A stretch of DNA of 64,000 bases from Entomortierella parvispora E1425 (taxonomy: Eukaryota > Fungi > Mortierellomycota). Below, one piece after another: positions 62,633 to 64,000 of this stretch (position 1 is its first letter; every line of letters begins with the position of its first letter). The stretch covers positions 2,294,001-2,358,000 of the forward strand of contig BQFW01000015.1 of NCBI GenBank assembly GCA_020891255.1, given 5' to 3'. The translations under genes and the position numbers were made by a program. The notes under the pieces were generated by a model. It made no database searches. It was not told the origin of the DNA and saw only the letters and a list, made by a program, of their open reading frames with translations.

Positions 62633-64000
62633 TCACTCGTAGTACCGACTTGTGGTGGACGAATCGATGGAGCCACGCTGGACACTACCCCTGCGGTCAT
62701 GGTAGTGTTGTTGTTGCTGCTGCTGTTGTTGCTGATGTCGCACAGATCCCATCGATCCCATCGATCGGATCGATGGTCTCGAAAGCGGTCTCTCACTCAT
62801 TTCATCCTGAAGTTCACTCAACTCTTCCTCATTCAATGCAGCTAGCGGAGTCTGGATGGCCTGTGGTCCGCGACCGAATGCGGCTGCGGCGGATGAAGTG
62901 GATAAAGAAAGCGGCTCCTTGTAATTCAGGTGTGATGCATCCCCTTGAGGCACTGAAGGATGAGGAAAAGGCTGGAAGGTAGCGCCGCCAGCGCGAATAC
63001 TATTGTAACGAGAGATCATCATTGGTGGGAAGCTTGGCTGCTGCATGTGCATGGCGCCACTTTGTCGCGGATGGAGTACAGGAGGGGGAGGGAAGTGGGC
63101 ATTGGAGGGGGGTAAAGGAATAGCCTGATGATGATGGTGATGAATACTTGTGTTTCGATAGAGAGGGGATGACCGCGTATAGTCGTGGCCTTCCAGCTCG
63201 TCGTCATTCGAGGTGTGGATCAGGGATGAAGGCAGGAGCATGTTCTCTGTCCACACGGCCTGGGCCAGTCGCTGACGGCGACGCTTACTAAACACCACCG
63301 CCACTGCGAAAAGGACACCAAACCCAATGATGGCTAAAACTCCGGCTGCCACCGCCCCTGCACTTGTTCCGCCCGAGCTAGAGTTTCCATCGTCTATTGG
63401 ATCCAGCGTGAAGCACGGAGAAAGTAGAGAAAGAGGGACAATCGGCGGTCAGTAGCTGGGTCTTCAGTCGCCAAGCAGACAAAAACAGTGTCATGGTGCT
63501 TCTATCTGGGCCAGCCTCTTTTTTAGGCTAGGTTCAATCCCTTTGTCTCTTTTGCTACTCTCTTTTCTTTTGTTGTTCTTTTTTTTTTTTTTTTGTGCAT
63601 TTCCATTATGACTACCTTCGACGGGTGCACTCGCGCTCGGTACACTCTCAGTAGTAGAACTTCTCTCATTCTCCTTTTTTCTGTCGCCGAGAACGCTCGA
63701 GGGCGAGCTCGAGCTCGAGCTCGGTTCCGGAGGTGGTAACGTACCGGGATTGTTGGCGTTCAAAGCCTTGCCTCCATTCACGACCTGAGAGCCTCCATTG
63801 CTACTACTGCTGACATTATTGTTGCCGTTGCTGCTGCCGCCCGATCCAGTTGTAGCTGAGGGAATCGATGTAGAGCTGCCAATCAACAGCACATTGGCCA
63901 GTCCCGCACTCGACGTTCCGCCACACATCTCGAATGGATAGCCCATACATGGCTTGTCACATTTGCTATCATCGACCTTGTTGGAGCCTAAGGGTGCTTG
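62633..64000 (-). CDS. WSC-domain cell-wall-integrity sensor, 3' part; gene starts beyond window end
   Basis: SKCDKPCMGYPFEMCGG (end of a WSC domain), a Ser/Gly/Asn-rich stalk, intron 63394-63615, a single TM helix (AVAAGVLAIIGFGVLFAVAVVF) followed by SKRRRQR, and a cytoplasmic tail. Confidence 0.8.

Overview
This is intron-rich eukaryotic genomic DNA from a fungus. I infer an early-diverging lineage, most like Mortierellaceae/Mucoromycota, from a Crinkler-type remnant, animal-shared genes (TMEM94, BRE/BABAM2, TTLL12) and CT-rich leaders. About 25 spliced protein-coding loci can be reconstructed by hand, in order: TMEM94-like (partial), BRE, PTEN, EI24-like, ceramide synthase, an LRR protein, ARP6, a WRN/EXD-type exonuclease-fold protein, two hypothetical proteins, a Ser/Thr kinase, PEX13, ATG6, dynein intermediate chain, RPB12, SCS7, TTLL12, an integrase-HHCC-domain protein, HIBADH, a ketopantoate reductase, RQC2/NEMF, an Mpv17/PMP22 protein, an endosulfine and a WSC sensor (partial). 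I saw no rRNA, tRNA, CRISPR array or intact transposon. The most unusual signal is invisible in the ORF track: a minus-strand splice array at 24.1-25.0 kb with three consecutive 3-nt microexons (AG|CCT|GTAAGT, AG|CCC|GTAAGT, AG|CTC|GTAAAT) and a motif repeated in its introns. Other leads are a collapsed Crinkler pseudogene between 41-bp direct repeats, a probable pseudo-nuclease, a probably domesticated integrase zinc-finger gene and non-canonical splice sites. All homology calls come from recalled family motifs; no database searches were run.
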